Origin: a virus
IMG/VR virus record: IMGVR_UViG_3300046501_000132
Span: 32,001-96,000 of that record
Direction: 5' to 3' (one strand)
Length of the DNA stretch: 64,000 nt
The notes under the pieces are model-generated. The model saw nothing but the letters and a program-made list of their open reading frames with translations, did not search any database and was not told where the DNA came from. The position numbers and the translations under genes were made by a program. Positions 62,947 through 64,000 of the stretch are shown here, piece after piece; the stretch's first letter is position 1; the number at the start of each line of letters is the position of its first letter.

Positions 62947-64000
62947 TGAAGATCGGTGACTTTATCAATATGGGTTTCCGTGAGTATGCCAACTACGACA
63001 ACAAGCGTAGTATCCCGCATCTCATGGACGGTCTGAAGATCACTGAGCGTAAGGTGTTGTTTGCGTTTGTGGATAATATCGGCTATCAATCCATTGTGGT
63101 GGATAAGGCTGGTATGCGTGCTGCGGATTTGAGCTACTATCAGCACGGCGCAACTTCGATGATCGGGGTTCTGACCAATATGAACCAGGACTTCCCTGGC
63201 ACGAACAATATGCCATTGTTCGAGAAGGATGGTCAGTTCGGGACACGCCTAAATCATAAGGCTTCGTCGGAGCGTTATATTTCCACGAAGCTGGGTGATA
63301 CGTACAAGAAGCTGTTCGATCCGGCCGACAACGACATTCTGGTGGATTTATACTTCCGGGGCGATAAGATCGAACCGTTGTACTATCTGCCCAAACTTCC
63401 GATGCTTCTGATCAACGGGAGTCTCGGAACGGGCAACGGTTACGCATCACACGTCTTGCAATATGATCCTGTCGAAGTCCAACAGGCCGTCCAGGAAGTT
63501 CTGAAGACAGGTTTGGTTCAGACTAAGCTGACTCCGTTTATGAACAACTACTACGGAGCGATAAGCAAAAATCACGAAACGGGTCAGGTAACGTTCGAAG
63601 GCGAGATTGAGCGGAAAGGTGCTAATACGCTCATTATCACCGAGTTAACGCCAGATCGCCAGCTAGACGACTATAAAGAAATTCTCAACGCTCTAATGAG
63701 TGATAAGACTGGTCCTAATAAGGATGCGCCCCCACTCATTAAGGATTACGACAACGAGTCTACCGAAGAAGGCTGGCGATTCGTATTAGATGTCCCGCGT
63801 AGTACGATGCAGCTGGATGATGCGGAGTTGCGAGTTAAGCTGAAGCTGATCCAGCGGGAAACTGAAAATCTGACGGTGTGGTTGCCGAATGGTAAATTGA
63901 AGCGTTTCAAGACGGTAGAAGCGCTGATTGAGGAATGGGTAAGGCTACGGCTGGATTACTACGAGATTCGCCGCCTAGACCAGATTGAGCAGATCGCCGC
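62946..64000 (+). CDS. gp52: Topoisomerase II medium subunit gp52, 3'-truncated by window edge
   Basis: RSIPHLMDGLK..ERK, YQHG, GQFG, SERYI (catalytic Tyr); absent from ORF track because no stop in window. Confidence 0.95.
   Translation, partial: MKIGDFINMGFREYANYDNKRSIPHLMDGLKITERKVLFAFVDNIGYQSIVVDKAGMRAADLSYYQHGATSMIGVLTNMNQDFPGTNNMPLFEKDGQFGTRLNHKASSERYISTKLGDTYKKLFDPADNDILVDLYFRGDKIEPLYYLPKLPMLLINGSLGTGNGYASHVLQYDPVEVQQAVQEVLKTGLVQTKLTPFMNNYYGAISKNHETGQVTFEGEIERKGANTLIITELTPDRQLDDYKEILNALMSDKTGPNKDAPPLIKDYDNESTEEGWRFVLDVPRSTMQLDDAELRVKLKLIQRETENLTVWLPNGKLKRFKTVEALIEEWVRLRLDYYEIRRLDQIEQIA

Noticed and set aside
1-64000. Genome-wide TAG reassignment (code 15-like)
   Set aside because: Core genes are full length in code 11, gp17 and nadV terminate at TAG at plausible C-termini, and in-frame TAGs were found only beside the suppressor tRNA.

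Overview
This window is a 64-kb internal segment of a large T4-like (myovirus) phage genome. It contains the neck/terminase/tail/head morphogenesis operon (gp13-gp23) and an NAD salvage pair (NadV + NadM-Nudix). A ~5.4-kb minus-strand tRNA cluster follows (26 tRNAs there plus tRNA-Arg at 26575, potentially covering all 20 amino acids), interleaved with many non-canonical structured RNAs. Further on are an RNA-repair module (kinase, Rnl1-like ligase, phosphoesterase), uvsY/uvsW, class I RNR, gp33/gp32, a thymine-hypermodification-type gene, a split gp5 tail-tip module, gp43 polymerase and topoisomerase II subunits. The top observation is an amber-suppressor tRNA (anticodon CUA, 20280-20355) lying directly upstream of two co-transcribed genes that each carry a single in-frame TAG: a PTH2-like peptidyl-tRNA hydrolase (TAG at codon 4) and an HD-domain hydrolase (TAG at codon 55). 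The rest of the window reads in the standard code, so this looks like a self-contained, read-through-gated tRNA rescue module. The second candidate system is a coiled-coil gene (24037-24672) followed by a ~325-nt closed, pseudoknotted ncRNA carrying a 7-nt periodic repeat array. All family calls come from motif recognition by eye and all RNA folds were done by hand; no searches were run.
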